Assembly (NCBI GenBank): GCA_000092065.1
Contig: CP000583.1
Origin: Ostreococcus lucimarinus
Taxonomy: Eukaryota
Reading direction: 5' to 3' (one strand)
Length of the DNA: 64,000 nt
The first letter of the stretch is position 1. Each line of letters starts with the position of its first letter. Shown here one piece after another: positions 11,401 to 20,284 of the stretch. Both the position numbers and the translations under genes were made by a program. The notes under the pieces are model-generated. The model was not told where the DNA came from. It did not search any database and was given only the letters and a program-made list of their open reading frames with translations.

Positions 11401-12205
11401 GCGCGACGGCGTAATACGCGCGATCCTTCCCGCGACGTGCAAGCTCATTCAACTTGGCGATGTACTCCAAGTTGCTTATCGCTCCCACGCGCCAAGCCGA
11501 CGTGAGATGTCGCGCGCTCGTCTCGACGGTTTGCCTTTGCTTCAGGCTCGCCGCCATCACTTCGATTTCTCGACAAGGTCCGACCTCACCATCGCGTGCG
11601 TGCGGCGAATTATGCATTCCGGACAATTGTACGAACGGCACGCCCACCGCATCGCCGCTCAGCGTGGACAAGCACACGCAGTCGACGCTCAAATTCCCGT
11701 GCGCCAAGTTCTTTTCGTGCGCGTGCGCCAACGCTCGACACAGCTGAAACGCCGCCAAAGACGCCTTCGCCGCGTCGTTCGCGAACGGATTCCCCCCCGA
11801 CCTCAAACACGCTCCGAGTGTGTACTCATAAAAAGGCTCCACCGAGCACACGACGCCATCACCGACGATCACCGCGCACGCCGGCGCGACGTTTGGATGC
11901 GACGATCGAAACGCGCTCGCGCTCGCCCCTCGCCGCGCGCTCATCGCCGCGAAAGCCCTCTCCAGCGCCGACCGCACCGCGTCACAAAACGCATTCACAT
12001 CGCCGCTCGCGTTCGCGATTTCGACGCCGAGCGCGCGCGCGATCTCGCACCGTCGTCGCGTCTCCGCCGTCGTCGCGACGCGCGCCGCGATTCTCAACCG
12101 CGCGCCTCGCGCGTCCTCCAGCACCCCCTCGCCCGCGTCGTCGTCCGCGAATCGCGCGACGACGCCCTCGGGCGCGCATCGCGAGATGACTTCCGACGCG
12201 CGCAT
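8489..12205 (-). CDS. BEACH-domain / WD40 protein with degenerate kinase-like N-terminus (GFS12 / WDR81 / LvsG-like)
   Basis: Single 1238-aa ORF starting on ATG 12205. The BEACH core reads [32 protein letters not shown]...[18 protein letters not shown]...[13 protein letters not shown]...[22 protein letters not shown]...[31 protein letters not shown]. The C-terminus has WD-like repeats ([14 protein letters not shown]). The N-terminal region has a kinase-like remnant ([11 protein letters not shown]). Confidence 0.88.
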   Translation of the reverse strand: [1238 protein letters not shown]

Positions 12206-12637
12206 CGCCCGCGTCGTCGTCCTCGTCGTCGTCGCGCGCGCGTCCGCGTCACCGCCGCGCCAGCGACATCAGCGCCTCCCACAGCGCGTACGCGCACAGC
12301 GCGCCGATCAAACACAGCGGCACCGCCTGCGCGCTCGCGCACGCGCGCTTCCGTCGGACGTCGTCCACGAGCGCGGTCTCGTCGTCGACGAACGTCGCCC
12401 GCGGCATTGTGACGCCGCGCGCGGCAGTTTCCGACGCGGAATCGCCTCGACGCGACGCCGTGCGCGCGCCGAACGCGTCGCGCGCGACGCGAACGAACGG
12501 AACGCGCGCGCGCGCGTCGCGCGCGAGCGCGCGAGCGCGCGACGACGCGGCGAGGACGCGGCGACGTGGGAAGAAGTCGAGTTCGTTAGTAGGGGATCGA
12601 ATCGGACGCGGGAAGAAGTCGACGCGAGGACGACGCC

Positions 12638-13783
12638 ATGCGGCGACGGGAAGGCGCGGGACGACGGCAGAGTGAACTCGCGGAAGAGATCCGACGGCGG
12701 TCGAGCGATCTGCTGAAGAGCGCGAAGAAACGACCGAAGGCGGTGATGCGGCGCGCGGTGACGGGGAACGCGGATACGCGAGTGCGCGACTACGTCAAGA
12801 TTCCGCGCGTGATACGACAGATCGATAAGGTGTCGTTTTGCGCGGGTGTGTATGGGTTGATGATGACGGAATACATCGCGACGCGCGCGCCGGAGAAGTT
12901 TTGGTTGTTTTACGCGGTGGCGATGCCGGGGGTGTTTTTGGCGAGAGCGGTGTATTATCGAATGATTCGTTGGCAATACTTTTTGTACGATTTCTGTTAC
13001 TTTGCCAACGCCTCGGCGATGATGTTTCTGTGGCGATGGAAGAAGAGCGCGACGGTGTTTCGGTGCATCTTCGCGTTCGCGAACGGGCCGGTGTTGTTGG
13101 CGATTCCGTTATGGAGAAACTCGTTGGTGTTTCACAGCGTGGACAAGGTGTCGAGCATTTTCGTGCACGCGATGCCGTGCTTGATGACTTGGTGCGGTCG
13201 GTGGTACGGGTTTGGGAACGATGTGAATAGGCTGAGTGTGCGAGAGTTGGGCGCGGACGTGAGCGTTCTCACGGGATGTTTGGATCTCATGGTGTACCCG
13301 ATGTTCGCGTACTTGTTTTGGCAGGCGCTGTATTTGGCAAAGACGGAACTCATCGACAGAGTGAAGTTAGTGAGCGATCCGGCGCTCATGACTTCGCTGC
13401 GTTGGCTTGCGAGCGATCGAAACTCATCGGCGAATAAATACGCGTTGAAGATGATGCGCGGCATCGGATTGTTCGGCGCGGACGAGTTCTTCGACGCTGA
13501 ATCCATCAAGACGAAATTCGTCTTCGTCATGCTCCAGCTCGGGTACACCATCGTCACCTTCATCCCCATCCCGCTCTGTTACTCGAATTACTACGCCCAT
13601 ACCGCTCTCATGTGGGCCGCGTTCGGGTCATCGGTGTACAACGGCGCGGTGTATTACATCGACGTCTTTTCGCGCCGCTACGTCGAACGTCTCGCCATGG
13701 CGGAAGAATTAGAACGAGACTCACAAAGTCCCGGACTCTCCGAGTCCGAAATCGATCGATTGATGATGACCCCGATAGATTGA
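12638..13783 (+). CDS. Glycerophosphocholine acyltransferase (GPC1/GPCAT, DUF2838 family) membrane protein
   Basis: ATG at 12638. The multi-pass protein contains YFLYDFCYFANA and ANGPVLLAIPLWRNSLVFHSVDKVSSIFVHAMPC. These match my memory of the GPCAT family core (NGPLA..WRNSLVFHSxDKxTSxFIH). Confidence 0.75.
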   Translation: MRRREGAGRRQSELAEEIRRRSSDLLKSAKKRPKAVMRRAVTGNADTRVRDYVKIPRVIRQIDKVSFCAGVYGLMMTEYIATRAPEKFWLFYAVAMPGVFLARAVYYRMIRWQYFLYDFCYFANASAMMFLWRWKKSATVFRCIFAFANGPVLLAIPLWRNSLVFHSVDKVSSIFVHAMPCLMTWCGRWYGFGNDVNRLSVRELGADVSVLTGCLDLMVYPMFAYLFWQALYLAKTELIDRVKLVSDPALMTSLRWLASDRNSSANKYALKMMRGIGLFGADEFFDAESIKTKFVFVMLQLGYTIVTFIPIPLCYSNYYAHTALMWAAFGSSVYNGAVYYIDVFSRRYVERLAMAEELERDSQSPGLSESEIDRLMMTPID

Positions 13784-14051
13784 TGCACGCGATCGATGAG
13801 ATGGTTTGTCGTAAAATTTGTCGTGAAAACGCGCGCGAAATCGTCGCGACGCCGCGCGCCCGACCCGACGCCGAGAAGCGCGTTCCCGCGCCCTCAGCCC
13901 TCGTCGAAGACTTCGCCCGCCTCGTCCGCCGTCGCGTCGCCCGCCGGCTCGCGCTCGCCCTCTCGCTCCCACCGTCCGGTTTATCGACTAGTACATCGCG
14001 TCTACGCATAACAACAATCGATTCGGTCGCGTCTACGCTCTCGCGCGCGCC

Positions 14052-14321
14052 CTAGCTCGGCGCGTTCCCTTGCGCCCCCAACATCTGCCCCACGATCGCC
14101 ACGCTCTCCCAGTACTTCGCCGCGCACCGATCCACGCACGAGTTCTCCCCCACGTTCAGTTCGCCGTCCTTGAACTTCTTATCGATGCACTTCTCGTAGC
14201 ACGCGCCCACGAGCTTGTTGAACAGCTCCACGCGGTACTCCATCTCTTGTCCAGCCATGGCGAACGCCGCGTCGCGCTGTTCGGGCGTCATCGTCGGCGC
14301 GCCCTGTCCCGTCTGCGACAT
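14052..14321 (-). CDS. TIM10: Mitochondrial import inner membrane translocase subunit TIM10 (small Tim, twin CX3C)
   Basis: Internal ATG 14321 gives an 89-aa protein: MSQTGQG...EMEYRVELFNKLVGACYEKCIDKKFKDGELNVGENSCVDRCAAKYWESVAIVGQMLG. The twin CX3C motifs and the ELNxGENSCxDRCxxKYW block are typical of plant/algal TIM10. The upstream part of track ORF 14052..14471 is Arg-rich junk. Confidence 0.9.
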   Translation of the reverse strand: MSQTGQGAPTMTPEQRDAAFAMAGQEMEYRVELFNKLVGACYEKCIDKKFKDGELNVGENSCVDRCAAKYWESVAIVGQMLGAQGNAPS

Positions 14322-14471
14322 CGCGGTTTCTCTCGCCGCTCTCGCGTCGCGTCGTTCGCGTCGCTCGCTCGATCCGGCGTCGTCCGTCGTCCGTCGCGGC
14401 GTCGTCTGGCGGTCGCGCCGCCGCCGCGGCGTCGCGGTGGTTCGTCGCGCGCGCGTCGACCCTCGCGTCAC

Positions 14472-14509
14472 GGTTCGATTTTCGCGATCGAACCTCGACG
14501 CGTCGATCG
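14472..14509. promoter_or_regulatory. 38-nt palindrome-containing element, copy A, in the TIM10/ANTR bidirectional promoter
   Basis: GGTTCGATTTTCGCGATCGAACCTCGACGCGTCGATCG. The 8-bp arms GGTTCGAT and ATCGAACC are perfect reverse complements around a 7-nt spacer. Copy A is 36/38 identical to copy B at 20088-20125. Confidence 0.6.
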
Positions 14510-14725
14510 CCGCGCGTCGAGCGCGTCGATCGCGCGCGCGACAAAGAGACGCGCTGACTGTTTGCCCACACGCGAGTTCGACGCGCGCGCGAGGGGACCG
14601 ACGCGGCGGCCCGCACTCGACGTCGCGCGCGCGTCGCGGCGACGAGCGCGCGGCGGGAGGCGCGGGAGACGCGTCCGCGAGACGCGCGTCGACGCGGCGA
14701 TTCGATCGACGCGCGCGCGGGCGCG

Positions 14726-16462
14726 ATGGCGAGCGCGCGCGCGGGACTCGGCGGTCGGTCGTTAGGCGGCGACGGCGACGCGCGACGCGCGACGCGCGCG
14801 CGCGCGCGGATGCGCGGCGCGAGGCGCGACGGGAGACGCAGCGCGCGCGTCGAGCGCGCGCGCGCGACGGGAGGGACGCGCGCGCGCGACGGCGCGATGG
14901 GGCGCGCGAGAGGGGGACGCGGGGAGGAGGCGCGAGAACGCGGCGACGTCGCGGCGCGCGCGAGAGCCGAACGACGCGATCGACGGGACGCGGTCGCGGC
15001 GAGCGGGAGCTCGAAGACGACGCGCGAGGATCGGGACGAGGGCGAGGAGGATCCGGACGAGGCGTGGGCGTTTGAGTTTCCGAAGTCGGCGAGCGACGTC
15101 ACGACGCTCTGGCGAGGCGCGCCGAGTCGGTATCGCGTGCTCTTCGTCACGGTGTTCGCGTTCATCGTGTGTAACATGGATAAGGTGAATATTTCGGTGG
15201 CGATCATTCCCATGGCGCGGGAGTTCGGGTGGACGAGCACGCAGGCGGGGTTCGTGCAGAGCGCGTTTTTTTACGGTTTCGCGGCGTCGCAGTTACCGGG
15301 CGGGTACTTGTCGACGAAATTCGGTGGTGCCAAGGTGTTGCCGATCGGGATGTTGATTTTGTCGTTGGCGACGATCGCGATTCCGATCGTCGGCGTGAAC
15401 GAGCAGAGCATTTTCCTGTCGCGCGTGCTCGTGGGTTTGGGCGAAGGCGTGGCGCCGAGCGCGGCGACGGATATCATCGCGAGAAGCGTCAGCGTGGGCG
15501 AGCGTTCGCGCGCCGTCGGGTTCGTGTTCAGTGGGTTCAACATAGGTTCGGTGCTTGGTTTGGGGGTGGCGCCACTATTGATAGAGGCGACGAATTGGAG
15601 GACGGTGTTCGCATTCTTCGGCTCGTGCGGTTTAGTTTGGAGTTTTTGGGCTTGGAAGCTGTACGGCGACGGCGGGATGGTTGACGAAAGTTACAAGGAC
15701 GACGGCGTCACGGGTTTGACGGGTAAGCGCATATTCACCGTCGACGCAAAGGCGATAGCGAGCGGGAAGAGCCCGGCGGAAGACCCTCCGGTGCCGTGGG
15801 GGGAGTTTATATCGAATCCGTCGGTGCGCGCGCTCATGTACGTGCACTTTTGCAACAACTGGGGCTTCTACGTCCTACTCGCTTGGCTTCCGACGTACTT
15901 TACCGACGAGCTCGGGGTGACACTGACGAACGCATCGCTGTTGACTCTGCTTCCGCCGCTCGCGAACGTCGCGATGGCGTCCGTCGCCGGTCCGACTGCG
16001 GACCGCCTCATCGGCAGCGGCATGGAGATCACGAAGGTGCGTAAAACGATGCAAGCAGTCGCCTTCATGGGACCGGCGCTCGCCATGGGCTCGGCCGCAT
16101 TGGTAGATCAGCCGGTGGCGACCGTGGGTCTGCTCACGCTCGGCCTTTCGCTAGGCGCGTTTTCGTACGCGGGTTTGTACTCAAACCATCAAGATTTGTC
16201 GCCCAAGTACGCGAGTATCCTGTTGGGCATGACAAACACGTGCGGCGCGCTTCCGGGCGTCATCGGCGTTCCGTTGACTGGGTACTTGATCAAAGAAACG
16301 GAAAATTGGGAGCTTAGCATGTTCGTTCCGGCGATGTTCTTCTACTTTACGGGAACGCTCGTATTCAGCAAGTACGGCAGCGGCGATCGACAAGCGTTCA
16401 CGGGACAACCTATGCCCGAACCAGGCGAGATTCCGCCATCGTGCGATGGCGGCGGACATTAA
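14726..16462 (+). CDS. MFS anion transporter, SLC17 / ANTR (PHT4)-type, probable plastid transit peptide
   Basis: ATG at 14726, with an Arg/Ala-rich leader followed by 12-TM MFS topology. Contains FIVCNMDKVNISVAIIPMAREFGWTSTQAGFVQSAFFYGFAASQLPGGYLSTKFGGAKVL, typical of plant ANTR/PHT4 sequences as I recall them. Confidence 0.88.
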   Translation: MASARAGLGGRSLGGDGDARRATRARARMRGARRDGRRSARVERARATGGTRARDGAMGRARGGRGEEARERGDVAARARAERRDRRDAVAASGSSKTTREDRDEGEEDPDEAWAFEFPKSASDVTTLWRGAPSRYRVLFVTVFAFIVCNMDKVNISVAIIPMAREFGWTSTQAGFVQSAFFYGFAASQLPGGYLSTKFGGAKVLPIGMLILSLATIAIPIVGVNEQSIFLSRVLVGLGEGVAPSAATDIIARSVSVGERSRAVGFVFSGFNIGSVLGLGVAPLLIEATNWRTVFAFFGSCGLVWSFWAWKLYGDGGMVDESYKDDGVTGLTGKRIFTVDAKAIASGKSPAEDPPVPWGEFISNPSVRALMYVHFCNNWGFYVLLAWLPTYFTDELGVTLTNASLLTLLPPLANVAMASVAGPTADRLIGSGMEITKVRKTMQAVAFMGPALAMGSAALVDQPVATVGLLTLGLSLGAFSYAGLYSNHQDLSPKYASILLGMTNTCGALPGVIGVPLTGYLIKETENWELSMFVPAMFFYFTGTLVFSKYGSGDRQAFTGQPMPEPGEIPPSCDGGGH

Positions 16463-16526
16463 ACGTATGTACATATAGAAACACGCACGTATTATCACAA
16501 CAGCACAATCGACGATCGTCCAAAAA

Positions 16527-17039
16527 TCACGCCCAAAAATCATCGTCCTCCCCGGGGCCTAATCCGGCCTCGGCTCGCTCCACGAGCGCTCGATCGATGC
16601 CGAGCAAGATCTTACACCCTCGAGGCACCCCATAGCTACTGACTTTGTTGTCGTCGTCGTCCAAACGCTTACCGCAATAAAACAAAACTAGTGACTCCGG
16701 GCCGTCGAGCTTTTGCCGCGCCCCCGTGGTCATGTCCGCTCCAGAGCCCAACCCGCCCGCGCATAACGCGCGCGCCAATTCGCCAACCGTACCGCCATCG
16801 ACGTCAAACTCGCACCGGTAACGACATCCATCGAAAAACACGGCGACGTGTCTGTCGTCCGTTCGCGCGGCGACCGTCGGTACGCTCGGCAAGAGCGCGA
16901 ACCGCGGCGAATGCGCACTGGGTAGCTCCTCGAACACCGTCGCTTCGTCCTGCGGTAAGATCTCGCGTCCACCGCTCGCGTCGCACTGCCACGCGCCCTT
17001 TCCCAGCCCCACGTCCTTCCAATACTCCATGTCGTCCAT
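16527..17039 (-). CDS. Small protein with C-terminal ubiquitin-like (beta-grasp) domain
   Basis: ATG at 17039 (MDDMEYW). The composition is ordinary, not Arg/Ala junk. The C-terminal LVLFYCGKRLDDDDNKVSSYGVPRGCKILLG resembles the ubiquitin-fold end. Function unknown. Confidence 0.5.
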   Translation of the reverse strand: MDDMEYWKDVGLGKGAWQCDASGGREILPQDEATVFEELPSAHSPRFALLPSVPTVAARTDDRHVAVFFDGCRYRCEFDVDGGTVGELARALCAGGLGSGADMTTGARQKLDGPESLVLFYCGKRLDDDDNKVSSYGVPRGCKILLGIDRALVERAEAGLGPGEDDDFWA

Positions 17040-17209
17040 CGCGGCGCGCGCGCGTCTCGCGACGACGAATCGCGACTTTTCAAGAGCCGTTTTCGGAGCG
17101 TTACGACGCGACGACGCGACGACATAACAACGCGCGCGCGGGCAGACAAACGCCCGCGAGCGCGCGCGATCGTCGACGCGGCCGCCGTGTCGTCGAACCG
17201 CGTCGAGCG

Positions 17210-18292
17210 ATGGCGATTCAGACGCCGCGCGCGACGTCGGCGTCGCGCGCGCGAACGACGTTCGCGATCGGGCGAATCTTAAACGTGCACGCGCTGTACG
17301 AGTGGTTCGTCGCGCTGTTCCTGCGCTTCGTCACTCCTGGATGCCCGCGAGGGTTACCGAAGCTCGATCACGTGCGCGCGGTGTCGCGGCGGGTGACCCG
17401 CGTGCTCGGGCTGAATCCGAGCGCGTTGACACTGCAGGGGACGAATACGTACCTCGTGGGCACGGGACGCGAACGCGTGTTGATCGATTGCGGCGAAGGA
17501 CGGCGTGGGTACGCGAAAAATGTGATCGAGGCGATGCGTGCGAGCGGGTGTGAGCGCTTGAAGTGCGTGTTGCTGACGCATTGGCATCCGGATCACGTCG
17601 GCGGGTTGCGCGGGCTTCGCAAAGCGTTGGGCGAAAACGTGCCGGCGTATAAACGAATTCGTACGAGTAAGGGGGAGTACGACGCGCGCGAGGGGATGGT
17701 GAGCCCGTATAATGTTCGGGCGTATGTAGATATACAAGATGGAGACGTCATCGCGGTGCCCGGAGCGACGCTTCGAGCAATATACACCCCGGGGCACACG
17801 ACGGATCACATGTGCTTCGCGTTTGAGGAGGAGGGGGCAGTTTTCGCAGGTGATTGCGTTTTAAACGGGTCCACGAGCGATTTCGAGGACTTAACGATGT
17901 ATTCATCATCACTCACGACGATCAAGGACGAGTTGGAGTCTTTCAAGCGACGCGGAGTGCAGGAGAATGGATCGAACAGACTGTACCCGTCGCACGGCGA
18001 CGTCATCGAGGACGGCGCAAAGAAAATCGACGCCTACATCAATCACCGCGTTAGTCGAGAGACAATCTTACTGAACACCCTTCGCGAGCATCGTGAGTAT
18101 GGGATGACGGCGTGGGAGCTCACGCGCGCGGTGTACGCATCCCTCGTCTCCTTCGTCGTTCTCTACACGTCGTGTGTGAAAATCACACGACAACACATCG
18201 AAAAGATGATCAACGACGGCGTCGTGCGCGAGCGACGAGAAAAGGGAACGCTATGGGGCGAAGTCGTGCGTTATCACGCCGTAGATTCCTAG
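17210..18292 (+). CDS. Metallo-beta-lactamase fold protein, LACTB2-like
   Basis: In-frame ATG 17210 lies inside track ORF 16691..18292, whose upstream part is junk antisense to the neighbouring gene. Contains TNTYLVGTGRERVLIDCGEG and the HxHxDH motif LLTHWHPDHVGG. The later YTPGHTTDHMCF fits the MBL metal ligands. Confidence 0.85.
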   Translation: MAIQTPRATSASRARTTFAIGRILNVHALYEWFVALFLRFVTPGCPRGLPKLDHVRAVSRRVTRVLGLNPSALTLQGTNTYLVGTGRERVLIDCGEGRRGYAKNVIEAMRASGCERLKCVLLTHWHPDHVGGLRGLRKALGENVPAYKRIRTSKGEYDAREGMVSPYNVRAYVDIQDGDVIAVPGATLRAIYTPGHTTDHMCFAFEEEGAVFAGDCVLNGSTSDFEDLTMYSSSLTTIKDELESFKRRGVQENGSNRLYPSHGDVIEDGAKKIDAYINHRVSRETILLNTLREHREYGMTAWELTRAVYASLVSFVVLYTSCVKITRQHIEKMINDGVVRERREKGTLWGEVVRYHAVDS

Positions 18293-18321
18293 TGTTGGGT
18301 TTCGTTTGTAACAACACCTAA

Positions 18322-18360
18322 CTACGCTACGCTACGCTACGCTACGCTACGCTACGCTAC
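18322..18360. repeat. Pentanucleotide microsatellite (CTACG)x7.8 at convergent gene ends
   Basis: Perfect repeat between the LACTB2-like stop (18292) and the SprT-like stop (18352-18354). The last codons and stop of the minus-strand gene (GTA GCG TAG) are part of the array. Confidence 0.95.
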
Positions 18361-19077
18361 AACGTCGCTCGAGTTCGCCGCTCGAGCCTCCTCCGCGACG
18401 GTCAAATCGTACATCTCAAACGCATCTAAAACCACCCCGCTCTCTTCATCCTTGAACACCGTACGATTTCCATTCACCGGCGCATCCCAGACGTTTCTCT
18501 CGAACAAAAGCTCCGGCAACACGTCTCGCCCTCGTCCGCGCAACGCTTCCTCGGCGTCGCATTTCGCCCACATCAACTGCACGCTCGGCCTGCTGTAAAA
18601 CGCCCCCGTCGTCGCCTTGCGCCACGCCTCCGGCACGTCCAACGCATCGCACGCATCCTTAAACGCTCTTCCGTGATCTACGCCCGCCACGCCTGCCACC
18701 GCGTGCGCGAGCTCGTGCCGCACGCACCCGACGACGTTCTCGAACGCCGGGTCCAGCATGACGTACTTGGATAAAAACACGTCTCCGCGTTCGCCTCCGT
18801 CGCGTTCATCGTCGTACAGGTAGGTGATGCCGACGTAACTCTTGCACTTGTGCCAGCCGACGCGAAAGCGCGCGGGATCGAGCTCGGCGCGCGCGATCTC
18901 CAGCGCGCAGAGCTCGTTGGTGAGCGGCCAACGAAGGCTCAAGTCGTAGGACGAGCGCGCCCACGCGCGTTCGATGTCCGCGAGCGAGCGCGCGGCGTCG
19001 GCGACGGTGGCGCGACGCGCGGCGTGTTTGCGCGGCGCGAGCGCGCGCGCGGGTCGAGGCGCGGTGGCGGCGCGCAT
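18352..19077 (-). CDS. Putative zinc metalloprotease-like protein (HExxH; SprT-like)
   Basis: ATG at 19077. VVGCVRHELAHAVAG provides an HExxH motif preceded by a GITYLYDD-type strand. The composition is ordinary. The family assignment is tentative. Confidence 0.5.
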   Translation of the reverse strand: MRAATAPRPARALAPRKHAARRATVADAARSLADIERAWARSSYDLSLRWPLTNELCALEIARAELDPARFRVGWHKCKSYVGITYLYDDERDGGERGDVFLSKYVMLDPAFENVVGCVRHELAHAVAGVAGVDHGRAFKDACDALDVPEAWRKATTGAFYSRPSVQLMWAKCDAEEALRGRGRDVLPELLFERNVWDAPVNGNRTVFKDEESGVVLDAFEMYDLTVAEEARAANSSDVVA

Positions 19078-19104
19078 GGCGGCGAGGCGCGCTGTGCGGG
19101 CGCC

Positions 19105-19148
19105 GACGAAGTACGACGAAGTACGACGAAGTACGACAAAGTACGAAG
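19105..19148. repeat. 10-bp tandem repeat (GACGAAGTAC)x4.3
   Basis: Units at 19105, 19115 and 19125, a variant GACAAAGTAC at 19135, then a partial unit. The array lies just upstream of the SprT-like ATG (19077). Confidence 0.9.
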
Positions 19149-19310
19149 CCGTTCACGAAAGTGCGCGTCGTGCAGATTACAATAACCTCTCTCCTCTAAG
19201 AAGACGCACGAACGATGCCGTTCGCTCATTGTAACGAGCGATATCGTTCGCGCGCGCGATGCGCGGTGTCGTCGACGACGCAAACGTCTCGCGAGCGAGA
19301 GACGCGTCGC

Positions 19311-19688
19311 CTAGTTGTCGACGATCGTCACCTCAACCTCCACGCCCGGTTCGATGGAGATTGACGTGATTTGCTTCACCACGTCCGCCGGCGAGTGCAA
19401 GTCGATCAAACGCTTGTGGATGCGCATTTGAAAGCGATCCCAAGTGTTCGTACCTTCCCCGCACGGCGACTTGCGCACGGTGAGCTTCAAAACCTTCGTC
19501 GGCATGCGCACCGGGCCCTTCACCTTCAACCGCTTATCCTTCGCCCCGCGAATGAGATCCGCGCACACCTTCTCGAGGTTCTTCACGTTACGAGACGTGA
19601 GCGTGATGCGAATGCGGTGCATCTGCTGCGTCGACTCTTCAGTCTTCGCGGCGGGCGCCTTGTACGGCGCGGCGGCGGCGGCGGACAT
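19311..19688 (-). CDS. RPS20: Cytosolic 40S ribosomal protein S20 (uS10)
   Basis: Internal ATG 19688 gives 125 aa: ...[99 protein letters not shown]. This is textbook eukaryotic S20. Confidence 0.95.
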   Translation of the reverse strand: MSAAAAAPYKAPAAKTEESTQQMHRIRITLTSRNVKNLEKVCADLIRGAKDKRLKVKGPVRMPTKVLKLTVRKSPCGEGTNTWDRFQMRIHKRLIDLHSPADVVKQITSISIEPGVEVEVTIVDN

Positions 19689-20087
19689 CTTCCTGCGCGT
19701 CCAGAAATCGCGTCCTACGTCAGTCATTATTCTCCCACTCGATTCCCATCGCGCGCGCGCCCTTCGTCCCATCGCGCGCGTCGTCGTCGTCCCATCCATC
19801 CATCCGCCCCGCGTTCTAGGGCTTTCGCCCCGATCGCGTCTCGCGCCGCCCCCCCTCGCGCGCGCGTCTCCCGCGTCTCCGCGCGCGTCGTCCTCGTCGT
19901 CGCGTTCGCACCTCTCGCGTTCTCGCGCGTTGGGTCCGAGTCGACGATCCGCTTCGGTGGATCTCGTCACTGAGACTGACGCGCGCGCCGTCGCGCGCGC
20001 GCGCGTCGCGCGCGCGTTGCGAATCACACCGCGCGCGGCGCCGATATCGCGTCGATCGCGCGTCCGTCGCGTCGATCGACGGTCGAG

Positions 20088-20125
20088 GGTTCGATTTTCG
20101 CTATCGAACCTTGACGCGTCGATCG
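20088..20125. promoter_or_regulatory. 38-nt palindrome-containing element, copy B, in the RPS20/PDH-E2 bidirectional promoter
   Basis: GGTTCGATTTTCGCTATCGAACCTTGACGCGTCGATCG, in the same orientation as copy A. It is embedded in a cluster of GCGTCGATCG repeats (20048-20165). Confidence 0.6.
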
Positions 20126-20284
20126 ACGCGTCGATCGCGCGATCGATCGCGCGTCGATCGCGTCGCCGTCGTTATCCAAAACGCCGATCTCGACGACGCG
20201 CGACGCGCGCGACGCGGCACACACCGACGCCGCGCGCCGCGCGACGACGTCGAACGAACGCAGGGCGGAGGAATCACGCGCACG

